Shown: positions 23,264 to 38,052 of the stretch, piece by piece | How positions within the stretch are numbered: position 1 is the stretch's first letter | Layout of the letters: each line of letters opens with the position of its first letter | Assembly: GCA_051294375.1 (NCBI GenBank) | Contig: CM119265.1 | Span: 29,164,540-29,228,539, forward strand | Length of the DNA: 64,000 nucleotides | Direction: 5' to 3' | Source of the DNA: Paraspadella gotoi | Lineage: Eukaryota > Animalia > Chaetognatha | Program-made: the position numbers and the translations under genes | The notes under the pieces: model-generated | The model's input: only the letters and a program-made list of their open reading frames with translations | Databases searched by the model: none | What the model was told of the DNA's origin: nothing

Positions 23264-26200
23264 TCGTGTTCTCTTTTGAGGGTGGGTGGAACTTGGATAA
23301 AAATAGAGAGGAGGTTAGACTAAATCTATTAGTGTCCTGCTCATTCGAAATTAGAGTGCGGGGAATTGTAGAGAGGTAAAAATAAAGAAAGGTGAAGACT
23401 GAAACGAAGCGGCTATTCTGTGCTTTCTTTTGAGGAAACAGGGTAAGCATTGGTAGGGAATACGAGATAAATTAGTTCATCGTTATGTGAAGTTGTTGAA
23501 TGATATTTTAAACAAAGTAAAAGGATTAAATCAATAAAAAAGGGTATAGAATAACGAATAATAGTTATTTAAACATATAAGAGAAGGGATAAATTATTAG
23601 TTTTTGTTTTTTCAGATAAGCAGTATAGAAGTGTTTAACAAACTAGAGTAAGAAAAATGAATGTGTTCGGGTTTGTATTGTGTGTAAGTTGTGAATTACA
23701 AGTGGAAAAAAAAAAAAATGTGGTATAAAAGTTTAAATTTAAAAACTTAAGAGGCAATATAAAAAAATCAATTTATATTAAAAAATTTTGTTTATATCAG
23801 ACTTAGAAATAATTTTATTTTATAAAAAAAAATGAATTTTTAAAATATGTGTCAGTCTGCTGTTAGATTAAAAGATAAATATTGGAAGGATTTCTATTAT
23901 AACTAGCATCATAAATTCGAGTTAAGGTCAAATCGCTTTTATAACAAAATAAATAAAAAAAAAAAAAATACAAAAAAAAAATCGATAATGAAAGAAGAAA
24001 CAAAATATATCGAAAATAAAAAAATAAAAGAATCATAATAAATATATAATTATAAAAAAATAAAATCTAAGAAAAAGATGGGAAAGGAAAAAAAAAATAA
24101 ATAAATAAGAAATAGAAGTGAAAAATTTGAGGTACAAATAAATTTTCTTTTTATCGAGAAATTTTTCCAAAAACAATTCAATTTCATGTTTCCAAATTAT
24201 TTCCAAAGAATTGAAAATAAATTTATTGATTTTGAATGACAAAAAGCGCCACAAAAAGTACTGACGCCTCGAAAACATGTTAAGAAAAAAAAAAAAATGA
24301 CCATTACAGCCAAAAAAATATCATTAACCGACCGCCAGCTACGACAGAAACGATTCGTCCACGACTGACGCACGCCACTGTTAAGAACAACTGTCCGCCC
24401 ACAGTCGAACGACATACGCCACGACTGACAGGCCGTCAAAACAAAAAATAAAAAAATAAAGGGAATAATATCGTTATCTGTTGTAAGCGTTCGAGAATCT
24501 CTCTTAATACACCTAAGGATTTAGAAGATAATTCACGGAAAATTTAAAAGTATTTTGATTTTCGATAATAGTGATTATTATCTAATGTGAATATCGAAAG
24601 CCATTTAAATAATGAAAGAAAAAATAAAAATGACCTCCCACTCCATGACACTTCCGTATTAGGCACTAACTCTCTTTCTCCTTAATCTTTCTCTTTACTT
24701 CATTCTCTACATTCATTTTTATACATTCTTATAACATAATAATCTCTTCTTCTTTTCTCTTATACATTCATACTCATTACAATCTCCAAAATAACCCTTC
24801 ACATAATCTCTCTTCTCTCTATCAATCTCGATACATACTCTATCTAATCAGTGAAGAAACGAAAAGGATAAAGAGATATGAAATGAGTATAGACCCCACT
24901 GTTTTTATAACGTTCACAGCTGAAAAAATTTAGCAAAAAAATTTTTGAGAAGATAATCAGAAAAGAGGGATCAACAGGCACAAAATTTATCGTAAATAAA
25001 AGAAAAAATAAAACCGACTTCGAATTAAAATAAAAATAACAAGAAAAAAGTCAGAAAAGGATGGAATATTATTTATGTATTACAGAGAAAAAATATGGGA
25101 GAGAAAAAGGAAAATATAACATATTTGATGTGTATATTATTGAATAAAATTAACATTGTTATAAAGCGACGATATATGTATCATAATCCTTAATGGCCAA
25201 AAGCAAATTAAAAAAAAAAAAATTAAAAAATAAAAAAAATAAGTAGTGACTATTTTATTTAAAATTAAACGAAAAGGATATAGAAGAAAAAAGAAAGGAG
25301 TGACAAGATACTTAAGAAAAATATATGAGATTAATGGCACATAAAAACCTATAATTATTCTTTAGATACGTTGATTAATGATCGATTCGGAGAATATTAT
25401 AGATTTTAATTGAAAGACAATAGAAAACCGAGGTTTAGGAGAAAGAGACTGTAAGAATGTGAACTTGAAACTAATTAGAATTTAAAAAAAACTGACAACG
25501 AACATAAGATATTTTTGAAAAAAAACAAGATAAGTGATGATGGAAATAAATAAGATAAAATTAATGAAAATTAAAATGAAATAAAAAAAATATTAAAAAT
25601 AAAAATAAATAAATTTGTATTTATTTTTAAAAAAAAAAAAAAAAAATAAGAGAAATTATAAATAAAGATGTGAGAAAGAGATAGTAATGACAAGAAGCAA
25701 TCAAAAATCTCTCTATAAACGAGATGAGAGTTTTTTATATTACATTTTTAGTTTAAATTTCTAGGATTTAATTTTTATGATATAAAATTAATCTGAAAAT
25801 TATATGTAAATTTAATAGAAGTTAAAACGCTGAAAATAAATATTATAATATAAATAGGAAGAAGAGAAAGAAGAGAGAAGAAACCGGCTTATAATGGCAG
25901 TTTTCTACCTCATATTAGCGGGCTAAAAAAAAAATAAGTATAAGTAAAAGATAAACGTTTGACAGTAAATAAAACTTAACTTTAACGACTCATCCGTTAT
26001 TTTTTTTCGCTGAATTATATTAAATAAATAAAACGCAAATATTTAAAATTTTAACTGAGGCAGTGAGAAAAGACTACCAGACAAGACAAGTAATCAATCG
26101 TTCGTACAGTACGTAATTTTACGAGCTCGTATTACATTTAGTTTTTTTGTTACTTGCTGCGGTCGTCGCATCTTTGAGAGGCGCTGTTATGTTTTGATCA

Positions 26201-29200
26201 CACACTTGTAGTTCACCACATTCTCTAGACAGTGATCCAAAGTATTTTAATTCTAGCTAATTTGTTAGCAATATTCTTGGTGATATATTTAGACTTTTGA
26301 AGCCAGTAGTTTAATATGTACTTCCTCGGGTCATTTGAGTGAATACCTCTTTCTAAATTTTTATAGTAATGACGTCATATGTCTGCTTCAACGCTCGAGG
26401 CTAAATACTCTCGTAACGACTATTATGTAAGAGTGCTTGTGATGCCTTTTATTGTTAGGCGCGTTCGGTTAAGGCTGCTCAAGGGTGTCTTTTTGCTCTA
26501 GCGTTCAGGCTAAACTGTATGCTTTTCATAGTCGTCTCGTCTCTCCCTTATTCTTTCTCTCTCTCTGTCTCTCTTGTGTCCGCTTTCTGCTCGCTTCCGG
26601 TGTTCTTCTCTTCTTCTTCTCTCTGTCGCCGCTCTCCTTATCATCGCTCTCTTCTTCCTCTCTCTCTTCAGCTCAAAAGCGTCAGCTTCACAAATCGTTG
26701 TGCTCGCGTTGTTGAATTCTGATAGATAACCATGCTACTGGCTGTATCCACGGTCTTTGCTTCATCGCAGTCTTTGTTCGATGTCTCGAAGCATCCAATC
26801 GTCGAATTGCAATAAGGATAATCCTTTTTATCATGCTTTTACTCTAATCGTTATAGAGAGAGAGAGAGATTGAGAATAGAGATGAGAGAGAGTCGAGAGA
26901 AGAGAGGAGTCTCGAGAGGAGGAGACGAGAGAAACGAGAGAGAAGATGAGGAGGTAATTAAATTAAATTAATCGTCGACGTCCTGCTGTTTATGTAGATG
27001 CGATTTGGTCTTGCTGCGCCTGTCGCAGTTCTGTTCCTTGTCATTCTTTCGGTCTTGTCTCGTGCTGGTCGTTTTGTCATCTCGGCGTGCTCGTCTGAGC
27101 AGTTTAAGATTATAGTGGACGTGAACTCATTGGGGATCGAGATTGATGAGAATTCCCGAGGAGGACTGATATCGTTGATTTGATGCGAGGAAGCACTTAG
27201 TAGCGATTTTCTGTCCTTGTTCGTAATCACATAATTTTTTATACATTTATAATTTTCTCTGTACATTATTTTTGACCTATGTTTTGTTGAGTATGTGTGT
27301 TTTAATATTCTATAACTAATATGTCTGCGTGTTCATCTCTCATTCAGGGTCTCACATTTCTGTAGAGCATCGAAAGATATTTATCTAGCTATATACTTTA
27401 TATAATTATTCTTCTTTCCCTTACCTTAATGAATTCTATATATTAATATATAGATTAGTGTTGATTATTATTGATAACGTTAGTCTTTTTCTGTCTCTGT
27501 TCTCTTCTCTTCATCTACTCTCTACATTTCTCATACTCATCTCTCAGATCTACTACTTTCATTTCTTCTTTTGTACCCGTTATTCTACTGTGCACGCTGA
27601 GGCCGAACTCCCGATTTTTTGTTTGCGGCGATACGCTTAACGGATTTTTATTGTCTGACGCTCGGTAAGATATTTAGACTGAATGCTATTGTTTCTCAAC
27701 TCTCTGTCCCTCAGACAATTTATTTAATGATCGAATACTCTGCTCTCTGTCAACATCAGCATTGTCTTATAAACCTATGTGACCTTTCAATAATAGCTTA
27801 ATAATGTACTTGTGATTCCTTTCGCCTATAATGGGGCTGGAGATGCTATCCTCAGTTTTGTTTTCTAGATGATAAGATCGTTGATCTGTACTCCCTTAGT
27901 ACAGCATGTGCTAGATACATCTAATCCGTCACTCTCTCAATTGTATATACTTATAAACATAATACTAATACACAATTCGATATAACGTAAATTTTCGTAT
28001 ATACTTAGTCTCCTAATAAATAAATAATATGATTAGTTCAACACCGCATTACACCTACATTATCTTGCTACATGAACTCAACATCCTTGCTAACTAGTGA
28101 AGATGATCAGGACGAGGATTCGCATAACTGTACACTACCCACAAACCCAATCGATTCTAACAGAACTCTAATGATCAACATACATATCTCTAATGACAAA
28201 TCGCTTGAAAACAATTATATAAACAGTGGCGTCGAAAACGTTATATACTATCGCTGAAGCTCGATGACGAATAGCGCGCTTGAACGCGATCAAGTTCATC
28301 TAACCTTCGCAATCTCTGTACATACCTTCGCACGCCCGCAGCGAAAAACAAACTGATTTACCAAGTCGCATTTCCGGGAGGGGCCAGGCGCCTTTCGCTT
28401 ACTAGAGGTATGCAATCCAGGTACATAGAAATTGCGCTCTCGTAAAAATGTGTATATTATATTCCTAATATTACGACTCTCATTGCGAATAACTTGGACA
28501 ATGCTCTGGGCCATAGACAAGACAGCATAAGCGCTTCTCTTCTAATGTCTGAGGTGTAAGGAACTCGGTCCAAATCCATTGCTTTAACGGCGATTCAACA
28601 AATTGGCTCAACGACTAAACCAGCAACATCGGCGCTTAACTGCAAAAGCATATCATAAGTAAATTGGACGTCACGAAGGAACGTGGTATAAGAGTACCAT
28701 CGCGATCTCTTCAGGTGAGAAGTTAGAAAAGGTTCGCGACGGCCAAAGACTTGCTATGACTTCAGTTAGATTCACGCACGCGTTTTCGAAGCTCTGAAGG
28801 AGAGTCTGAAGAAGTGTGTTTAACTAGTAAACGAGAATAGCAGTGTGTGATCTCATAATTGAAACAGCGGAAGACTTGATGAGGCTTTACAATTCCTGCA
28901 TAAAACCAGAAAACTGGAAGTTCGATGACACATATACTATTCACTTCCAGAATCGAGTACTTGCCAGAACACTGTCTTCACACTTCGTCTTATATTCCGA
29001 GGGGTTTTGATCCTGGACGACAATCACGAAATCTGACGACGCAGAAATAAAAGAAGCGGCTATCTCAACGGTAGGAAGTTCACGCCAAGAGCATGATACA
29101 AACGTTATGTAATAAGTCATGGAGCAGGGTCTAGAAAATCCATCCTGGAATGGTAAAGTTCACCTACAGTGTACACTGAAGATGAAAGCAGACACGTTCG

Positions 29201-32200
29201 TATTGAAGATAAGCAGGTTAGAATGACGAGAAATTTTCGATGATGAGTCAGATACCACAGTGTCATCCTTGATATATGTGCTGTGCTATTTGACATCTGG
29301 CGTGTGGTATTTATCACTTTATTTTAAGATGTTTGTTTTTTCCTACCACTGTCAATCGTATCATTGTGCGATTCAAGAATATGGTCTCTCGCTTCGATGT
29401 ATAATCGCAGTCATAAAGTGAGCGCGAGTCGCATGTACTCAGGATGTGCTGAGAAATGGTCATCATCGACAGAAGGACGTGAGGTTACGAGAAAACCATG
29501 ACTGATTGAGAGCAGCTGAGAATGTGAGCGAAACTGTGCACGGGAGAGAAGAGAATTGCCATCCGAAAATTCTGCAAGTCGAGTAGTCCAAAGACGATGT
29601 GAAGAGAGAAGCTGTGATCGTTCAACTAAGAAGTAGCGAGTTCATCGAGAGTACGAAGCAGCATAGATGAGTGATGTGGTGTACCTGATTGCCGGTGAAC
29701 CAAAAGCTTCTACATCTCGCAAGAACTCAGTTTAAGGCCTTGGTCTCTTCTCTCCAACAGGTCATCTCAATTTATATGTGAGCAACGTCAGTGCTTTCTC
29801 ACTAGCGTACATCAGCTGTTCTTATCTTCTTCTAGCTTGAAACTAAACAGAACTCCTTTCTGTGCTACTACTAAGTAGCAATCTCTAGCATTCACGATCT
29901 TCATCATCTCTACGTCTGTATCTCTTATACTCTCCCGCTAGCAATCGCTATTTTTAAAATGCACGATCGTGAACAAATTTGTTCACGATTTCTCATTATT
30001 TCTTCACTTAACTTTTCAACTTGCGTTCCAACTAAGCCAGAACAACGACAACAATGGTATAATCCTCGACATTACTACTCAGTCAGAGAAAGTACACAAC
30101 TATATCTCACGACTGACCTCTATCGACTCTTACTATCTCTCAAACTTCTCTCCAAACCTTCTTCTAGAAAGACACCAAATAGATACACATGAGTGAGTTT
30201 GGACTTCAAGCTGGATGAAGGACTCGATCGGAATCATTGACAGTGCTCTTAAGACTGTTCGAAATCTTCGTGACGAGATGAGAGCCAATTTTAGAAGGAG
30301 CGCAGTTGGAGTAGAGACGGACAGGATGACGAGGAGGCCTTTGTGATGCGCATTCGGTGAGCCACAAACGCCCTGGTCCTACTCATACGAGTTACGGGCT
30401 CCCAAACCTAGAGAGAGAGGAGTATTATAATCTACGCTCACTAGCTTTACATAAGACCAAATTAATATTGGAAAAATGGAATTGCAGACGATTCTTCAAA
30501 GAAGTCATGCACCTTCTCGTTTCGACTGCAATTCTTTAAACCATAAACACAATGAAGTTCGGAGGAAATAAGGAATCTACCCGGCCAAAACGCATTTTCT
30601 ATTCAATTGAATTTGCTATGTAGTAAGTTGTTTATGATAGAAAATATATGAACATATTTTTCGATCGCTATTTGAATTTAATAGCTAAGCGAAGAAAATG
30701 TAAGCATTGTAGAGACTAGAGACAAGGAGATCATAGATATTGTTTTGTAAAAATGTTTAAAGTAAATATTGTACATATATTGATAAGTACTCTCAGAATT
30801 CCAGAAGAAATGGCCTGGAATCGCGTAGTATATGAGTTGTCGAGATTGGAAAGAGGAAATGGCACTAGTCTTTCAGAATCGCAAAAACAGAGAGATAATA
30901 TCGGACACCTGTCTATATGAAATCCCGCATTACATGGAATCGATGAGAGAAAGGGATTAATCTCTCTCTCTTCTTTACGTGTTTCAGTCTACTTCTCTAT
31001 TTTTATCCATGTTCCGTCCCTCAAAAGAGAGTAACGTGTTTCTGTCTACTTCTCTATTTTTATCCAAGTTCCGCCCTCATAAGAGAGAAATGTGTTTCAG
31101 TCTACTTCTCTATTTTTATCCAAGTTCCGCCCACCGCAAAAACTCAGAAGAGGAAACGTCCTCTTTCTACATTTCTCCCCTACTCCACTCTCCGTGAATT
31201 TCTCCGTTAACATCTATCGCCATGAGTGCTCCGCCCACCTTCACGAAAAATAGATGTATAAGTTGAACCGTGTTCCTCAATGTCTACTAATTATATTCGT
31301 CGATAGGATACCATATCGTCTCGAAAAATATTTCATAACGTGCTCTATTATCTTGAAATCGGAGACACACAATATGAAAAGGGTTTCCGCGCGTATGAAG
31401 AAACCATTTCTCAAAAAAAAAGCAGATGAAAAAAATAACTGGAAATGCGTTCTCGCTCGTGCAGAGCATATGTCATTTTTTCTCTTTTTTTGAAACTCTA
31501 CAAATAATAAGTAAGGTAATCTCTAAGTCATAAACTAGTAAAAAAAATTGTATTTTTTCTTTCTATTCACTCTATTTTCTTAATATCTAAAATGATAAGA
31601 CTAAAGCCCAATTCACCCTCCATAAGAGAGGAACAATGTTCAAGTCTCTTTCTCTATTTTTGATTTCACCAAGGGTTTCAGCCGCGAAAGCTTCATAGGA
31701 ATTAAAACGAGGTAATAGAATAATCGTGATCTTTCAATCATCCCCATTTTACCAAACTATTACGGCAATATACCTGAAACTGATATCTCTGTACTTAAAA
31801 TAGAATTAACGATACTCGCTTCTCAAATAATCACAAAGAGAGTAACCGTGTTTCTGTCTTCACTTCTCTACTTTTTTTATCCAAGTTCCGCCTCATAGAG
31901 AGAGAAAATGTGTTTCAGTAACTCAACTTCACATTTCGAGTTTTTTATCACACACAAGTTTTCCGATTGTTCCAGCCCTCAAAAAGAGTAAGGAAGTGAA
32001 ACTGAGGACGATTTGTTTTCAAGGATTCATTTGCTATACTAACCAGGATTTTAATCCACACAATAGTTCGACCGACGAATTCACCTGAAAATACTCGAGC
32101 TCCGGAACCGGGTCAAAGGAACGAGTATGCGAATGTGTGTTACAGTCCTCACGAGGCTTATGAAGCTCTATGCACAGTTATCATAATAACTAGTAAGCAA

Positions 32201-33225
32201 AGTCGCATTCACTAGAGACCAATAGGCATACTACATATAAGAGAGGAATTATCCCTGTTGTTTACATTTCAAGCTCTACCTAATGCTCAATCAAGTATAT
32301 TTTAATTAATTTTATCCAAGTCGACCGTTTCCTCATCAACTCGATACACAGAGACTGTAACGATAGACTTTCACGTCATTAATGTTACTACTTCTACTAA
32401 TCTAAATTTTTATCCATCCTCTGCTACCACCACAAAGCTTACCAGCGCCGTTCTTTTCACTCAAAATTGATAGAGCGCGCGAGCGTGAGGACATCTGCCT
32501 TAAAACCTCCCCCGACCTTTAAAAGTTCACCTCCCTCCAGCCGATTCCCTCCTTCTAAAATCTTCCCCTAATTTTAATTTGCTCCCATATCAACAAGTTA
32601 CCGCCCCTCAAAAGAGAGTTAACGTTTTTTCAAGTCCTAACTTCTCTACTTTTAAATCGCCAAAGTTCCGCCCACAAAAGAGAGGACGTGTTTCATCTAC
32701 TCTTTTCTCTCATTTTTAAATCCACACCCAATTGTACACGCTCTCCATGCAACCCCCACAAAATGATGTCAACTATAAATCCAATGGCTAAAGAATACCG
32801 CAAACGACCCGAAACTACAAAAACGCGAGTGACCAAGCGTAACCAGAAAAACACACGGATAGTAAAAAAAGACGGGAACCAAAAAACACGCGGAGCAGGT
32901 CAACAAAAACTATCCTCCAGAGCACGCACCCAAGGAAGCGATGAAAAAAGGCAAAGAACAACGAAACAAACAGAATAAGAGGGAATAGAAGCAATAAAGA
33001 CAGGAGGGAACAAGGAAAACAGAAAAAGTGTTTCGTTATCATGACCGGCGTTTACTCCTCACCAAGCTGTTGAATAAAATCTCAACGTGACTAGTACTTG
33101 TAAAAGCTCCCTCCTTCTCTCCTCTAACACCCCTCTCTTTCTGCTCTATTCTCTTTCTCCTCCTCCCCTCTCTCAAGTCTCCCTCTCCTCTCCATCTCTC
33201 TCCCTCCTTCACTTTCTATTTCCTC
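23264..33225. other. Low-accuracy (raw long-read-like) segment between two 25-N gaps
   Basis: Bounded by exactly 25 Ns (23239-23263 and 33226-33250). Repeat units inside are indel-riddled versions of the clean flanking 56-bp repeat. No long ORFs despite coding-like composition at ~26-30.5 kb. Confidence 0.7.
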
Positions 33226-33400
33226 NNNNNNNNNNNNNNNNNNNNNNNNNACTTCTCTATTTTTATCCAAGTTCCGCCCTCAAAAGAGAGTAACGTTTTT
33301 CAGTCTACTTCTCTATTTTTATCCAAGTTCCGCCCACAAAAGAGAGGAACGTGTTTCAGTCTACTTCTCTATTTTTATCCAAGTTCCGCCCTCAAAAGAG
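30979..33400 (+). repeat. Continuation of the ~56-bp tandem repeat (clean at 30979-31160 and 33251-33400, degenerate between)
   Basis: Recurrent TTTTTATCCAAGTTCCGCCC...AAAAGAGAG units. Confidence 0.8.
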
Positions 33401-35313
33401 TCAACAAAATCAAGGCTAAAGAATCAAACGACGAAACTAAAAACGGAAACAAGAAAAAGTAGAAAAAAAGCGGAAAAAAAGCAGAAAACAGCAGACAAGA
33501 GCGAGAAAAAGGCAAAGAAAAAAAGGGCAAAACAGGAGGAAAACAGGAAAAAGGGTAAGACGAAAAANNNNNNNNNNNNNNNNNNNNNNNNNNNNNNNNN
33601 NNNNNNNNNNNNNNNNNNNNNNNNNNNNNNNNNNNNNNNNNNNNNNNNNNNNNNNNNNNNNNNNNNNNNNNNNNNNNNNNNNNNNNNNNNNNNNNNNNNN
33701 NNNNNNNNNNNNNNNNNNNNNNNNNNNNNNNNNNNNNNNNNNNNNNNNNNNNNNNNNNNNNNNNNNNNNNNNNNNNNNNNNNNNNNNNNNNNNNNNNNNN
33801 NNNNNNNNNNNNNNNNNNNNNNNNNNNNNNNNNNNNNNNNNNNNNNNNNNNCGTCCCGGTGATGTAGATTTTCTTTCCGGAATTTTTCTCACGGTTTTTA
33901 AACAAACATGATTTATTAATAAATTTTTAACAAAATTAATCGTTATTGTAAATAAATAAAATTTTAAATGAAAAAAGAAAAGGAAAAGGAAAAAAAACAA
34001 AAGCAGGAAAGGAAAAAAAAAGAAAAAAAATGAGGAATGAAAAAGAAAAAAACTGAAAAAAAGAGGAAAAGAAAAGAATAAAAAGAAAAAAAGAAGAAAA
34101 GGAAAAGAAAAAAAAGACTAAAAAAAAAGAAAAAAAGGAGGAAAGAAAAAAAATAGAAAAAAGGATGAAAGGAAAAGAAAAAAGAAAAAAATGAAATAGG
34201 GTAAAGATTAGAAACACGCTAAAAGACAATCAGTGTCAAGAACACGAGACCTGGTTTCCTCGCACTTAATTTCTCTTTCTCTCTCTCTCTCNNNNNNNNN
34301 NNNNNNNNNNNNNNNNNNNNNNNNNNNNNNNNNNNNNNNNNNNNNNNNNNNNNNNNNNNNNNNNNNNNNNNNNNNNNNNNNNNNNNNNNNNNNNNNNNNN
34401 NNNNNNNNNNNNNNNNNNNNNNNNNNNNNNNNNNNNNNNNNNNNNNNNNNNNNNNNNNNNNNNNNNNNNNNNNNNNNNNNNNNNNNNNNNNNNNNNNNNN
34501 NNNNNNNNNNNNNNNNNNNNNNNNNNNNNNNNNNNNNNNNNNNNNNNNNNNNNNNNNNNNNNNNNNNNNNNNNNNNNNNNNNNNNNNNNNNNNNNNNNNN
34601 NNNNNNNNNNNNNNNNNNNNNNNNNNNCTTTTGTCGTGTTGGAAATTATCGATAAGAATTTTAAAAATTCTGAAAAACTCTTAAAAAAATTTTGAAAGCA
34701 AAAGAAAGAAAAATTAGAATAAATTTTAAAAAGTTTGAGCAAACAATGTCGGATCTGTCCAGAGGCCACGGTAATCATGTAATCAGATGATCACTTTTGA
34801 ATAATCGTATAATCTTTTTTATTTAATACAATTTACTATTACTATTTATAATAATTAATTACTAAATAGTTTTTATAGCTTTAATTGCTTTAAAAATAAA
34901 CCTAATACTAAAATATAATTCTTTTTTATACTTTAATTCTTATTTAATCCAGTTAATCCAGTTAAAATATTTTCCACTCAGACGATTTCACCTGATTTTC
35001 AGCTCAATAAGACAATTCTTTACAATGCACAAAATTTCATGTCTCTTAAGTCTTAACCAACATGTTTTTCGGGAGTGACCGACAGACCAAAAAGTGAATC
35101 ATAAAGACGGAATCCGCTCTAAACAGTTCCGAATGAAAAAATGTTTTAAAATATAGAATATTTAATTGTTTTTACGCACAAGTATAGGCTTAAATAAGAG
35201 TCACAGACGCAGTGATTTTGCAAGCGTGAGAAAGTGTGAGAATGTGTGAGAAAGTGTGAGAAAGTGTGAGAATGTTTTCAGTGAACCATAAAATGGTCAA
35301 TGAACAGCGTGTG

Positions 35314-35348
<35 letters not shown>

Positions 35349-36569
35349 NNNNNNNNNNNNNNNNNNNNNNNNNNNNNNNNNNNNNNNNNNNNNNNNNNNN
35401 NNNNNNNNNNNNNNNNNNNNNNNNNNNNNNNNNNNNNNNNNNNNNNNNNNNNNNNNNNNNNNNNNNNNNNNNNNNNNNNNNNNNNNNNNNNNNNNNNNNN
35501 NNNNNNNNNNNNNNNNNNNNNNNNNNNNNNNNNNNNNNNNNNNNNNNNNNNNNNNNNNNNNNNNNNNNNNNNNNNNNNNNNNNNNNNNNNNNNNNNNNNN
35601 NNNNNNNNGAGAGAGAGAGGGGGGAAATAAAGGAAGGAATAGCAGAACCATTTCATTGTTATGTCTGCTTCAGCGATGGAATATTTTCTTCCTCCACAAA
35701 ACTGGAATTTTTTTTATTTATATTTTTTTGAATGAAAACCGGAATAAACGTGCGATATGAGATTGCATGGAGAGCGGCATGATGGCATGGCGTGTGCCAT
35801 TGTCCGTGAATTGTGGAACGATACTGTTTGACAAGAGGATGTTTGGGCAGAAGTATGTAGATTTCTATGAATGAACGAATGAATTAAATAATCATCAATC
35901 AATTATTCAAATATTCACTCAATCAATTATTTTTTTTCTGGAATAAATATATATTTTATTTCAATAACAAAAACCAAACAATGAAACAACAGAGGAAAAT
36001 ACTGAACTTAAGAAAAGGCTGAAAGAGNNNNNNNNNNNNNNNNNNNNNNNNNNNNNNNNNNNNNNNNNNNNNNNNNNNNNNNNNNNNNNNNNNNNNGATG
36101 TCTCTCTCAAACTCTCTGCTCTCTCTTCTCTCTCTTCTCTCTCTCTTTCTCTCTCTTGGTTTCTCTCTCTCTCACCAACCCACACTTAATCGTCTCACGG
36201 TAATAATGGAAACTCCCGAATGGCAAAAAAAGGCTCTTTTCCGATTGTCGAGTTGAAAGGACGATGGAGAGTGGATCTCTCTCTCTCTCCTTTCTCTTCT
36301 CTCTCTCTCTCGTCTCTCTCCTCTCATCTCTTCATCTCTCTCCTCTCTTCTTCCTTTCTCTCTCTCTTCTCTCCTCTCTCATCTCCCTCCTAATTGTCGA
36401 TCTCTCCTTCCTCTCTCCTCTCCTCTCGTCTCTCTGCTTTTTCTCCCCTTCCGTCTTCTTCTCATCTCTGCTCTCTCTCTCACTCGTCGTATCTTTACCC
36501 TCTTCTCTAGAGGGTTGGAAATGAAAAAAATTGGCAGTGAGTTGAGAAAAAAAGAGATAAAAGAAAAGA

Positions 36570-36662
36570 ATAAAAGAAAAGAAAAGAAAAGAAAAGAAAG
36601 AAAAGAAAAGAAAAGAAAAGAAAAGAAAAGAAAAGAAAAGAAAAGAAAAGAAAAGAAAAGAA
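36570..36662. repeat. (AAAAG)n microsatellite
   Basis: Direct inspection. Confidence 0.95.
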
Positions 36663-36959
36663 AAAAAGAAGAAAATCCTAATGAGAAAAGAAGGAAATTC
36701 AGTCAATGTTGGAAAAGAGAAAACAAACTAAATACAGTAAAACCCTCATTGTCGCTACAGCATTTTCATATTTGTTGTTTCATGTTGCCTTTTTTTCACT
36801 GTAGTTTTTTAGTTGTCTCGATTAATATTCGTTCCTTTTACATTTTTTTTGGTGTTTTTGACAGTAGTATATATATATATATATCTATATATAAAATATA
36901 TATGTATATAAATATATATAAAATTCGGAGACTAAACTTATTCATATGGCCTTATGAAT

Positions 36960-38052
36960 AATAACATTAGCAATAACGATAGAAATGACATCTGCATTGA
37001 TATCAGGAATGACATCTGCAATGACATCAGCAATGACATCTGCATTGACATCAGAAATGACATCTGCATTGACATCAACAATTTTATCTGTATTGACATC
37101 AGTAATGACATCTGCATTGACATCAGCAATTAAATATGCATTGACATTAGCAAGGATACCTGCAATGACATCAGCAATGACGCCTGCATTGAAATCAGCA
37201 ATGACATCCGCATTGACATCAACAATGACATCAGTATTGACTAAAGCAATGACACCTGAATTGAAATCAGCAATGAAATCTGAAATGACATTATCAATGA
37301 CACCTGCAATGACATTAGCAATGACATCTGTATTGATATTAGCAATGACACCTGCAATGACATCAGGAATGACATTTGCATTGACAGTAGCAATGAAACC
37401 TAAAATGACATCAGCAATGACATCTGCATTGACATCAGAAATGACATCTGCATTGACATTAGCAATGATACCTGAATTGAAATCAGCAATGACATTTGCA
37501 ATGACATTAGCAATGACACTTGCAATGAAAAAAGCAATGACATCCTTTTTAACATCAGCAATGACATCTGCATTGACATTAGCAATGATACCTGAAATGA
37601 CATCAGCATTAACACCTGCTTTAAAATCAGCAATGACATCTGCATTGTCATCAACAATGACATCTGTATTGACATTAACAATGACACCTGCAATGACATC
37701 ACCAATGGTATCTGCATTGAAATCAGCAATGACATCCGCATTGACATCAACAATGACATCAGCATTGACAAAAGCAATGACACCTGAATTTAAATCAGCA
37801 ATACATCTGCAATGCCATTAGCAATGGCACCTGCAACCATATTAGCAATGACACCTGCAATAAAATAAGCAATGACTTCCTCTTTGACATCAGCAATGAC
37901 ATCTGCATTGACATAAGCATTGACATCCGCATTGACATCCGCATTTACATCAGCAATGACACCTTCAATGAAATCAGCAATGACATCTACATTGACATTA
38001 GTATTGACATCTGCAATGACATCACCAATGACATCTGCGCTGACATCAGCCA
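36960..38052. repeat. 12-bp minisatellite (ATGACATCAGCA / TTGACATCTGCA), ~90 units
   Basis: Strict 12-nt periodicity; gives MTSA/LTSA (+) and ADVI/ADVN (-) pseudo-ORFs. Confidence 0.95.

Noticed and set aside
23123-33400. 56-bp repeat as a CRISPR array
   Set aside because: Units are head-to-tail with no unique spacers, there are no cas genes, and the context is eukaryotic.
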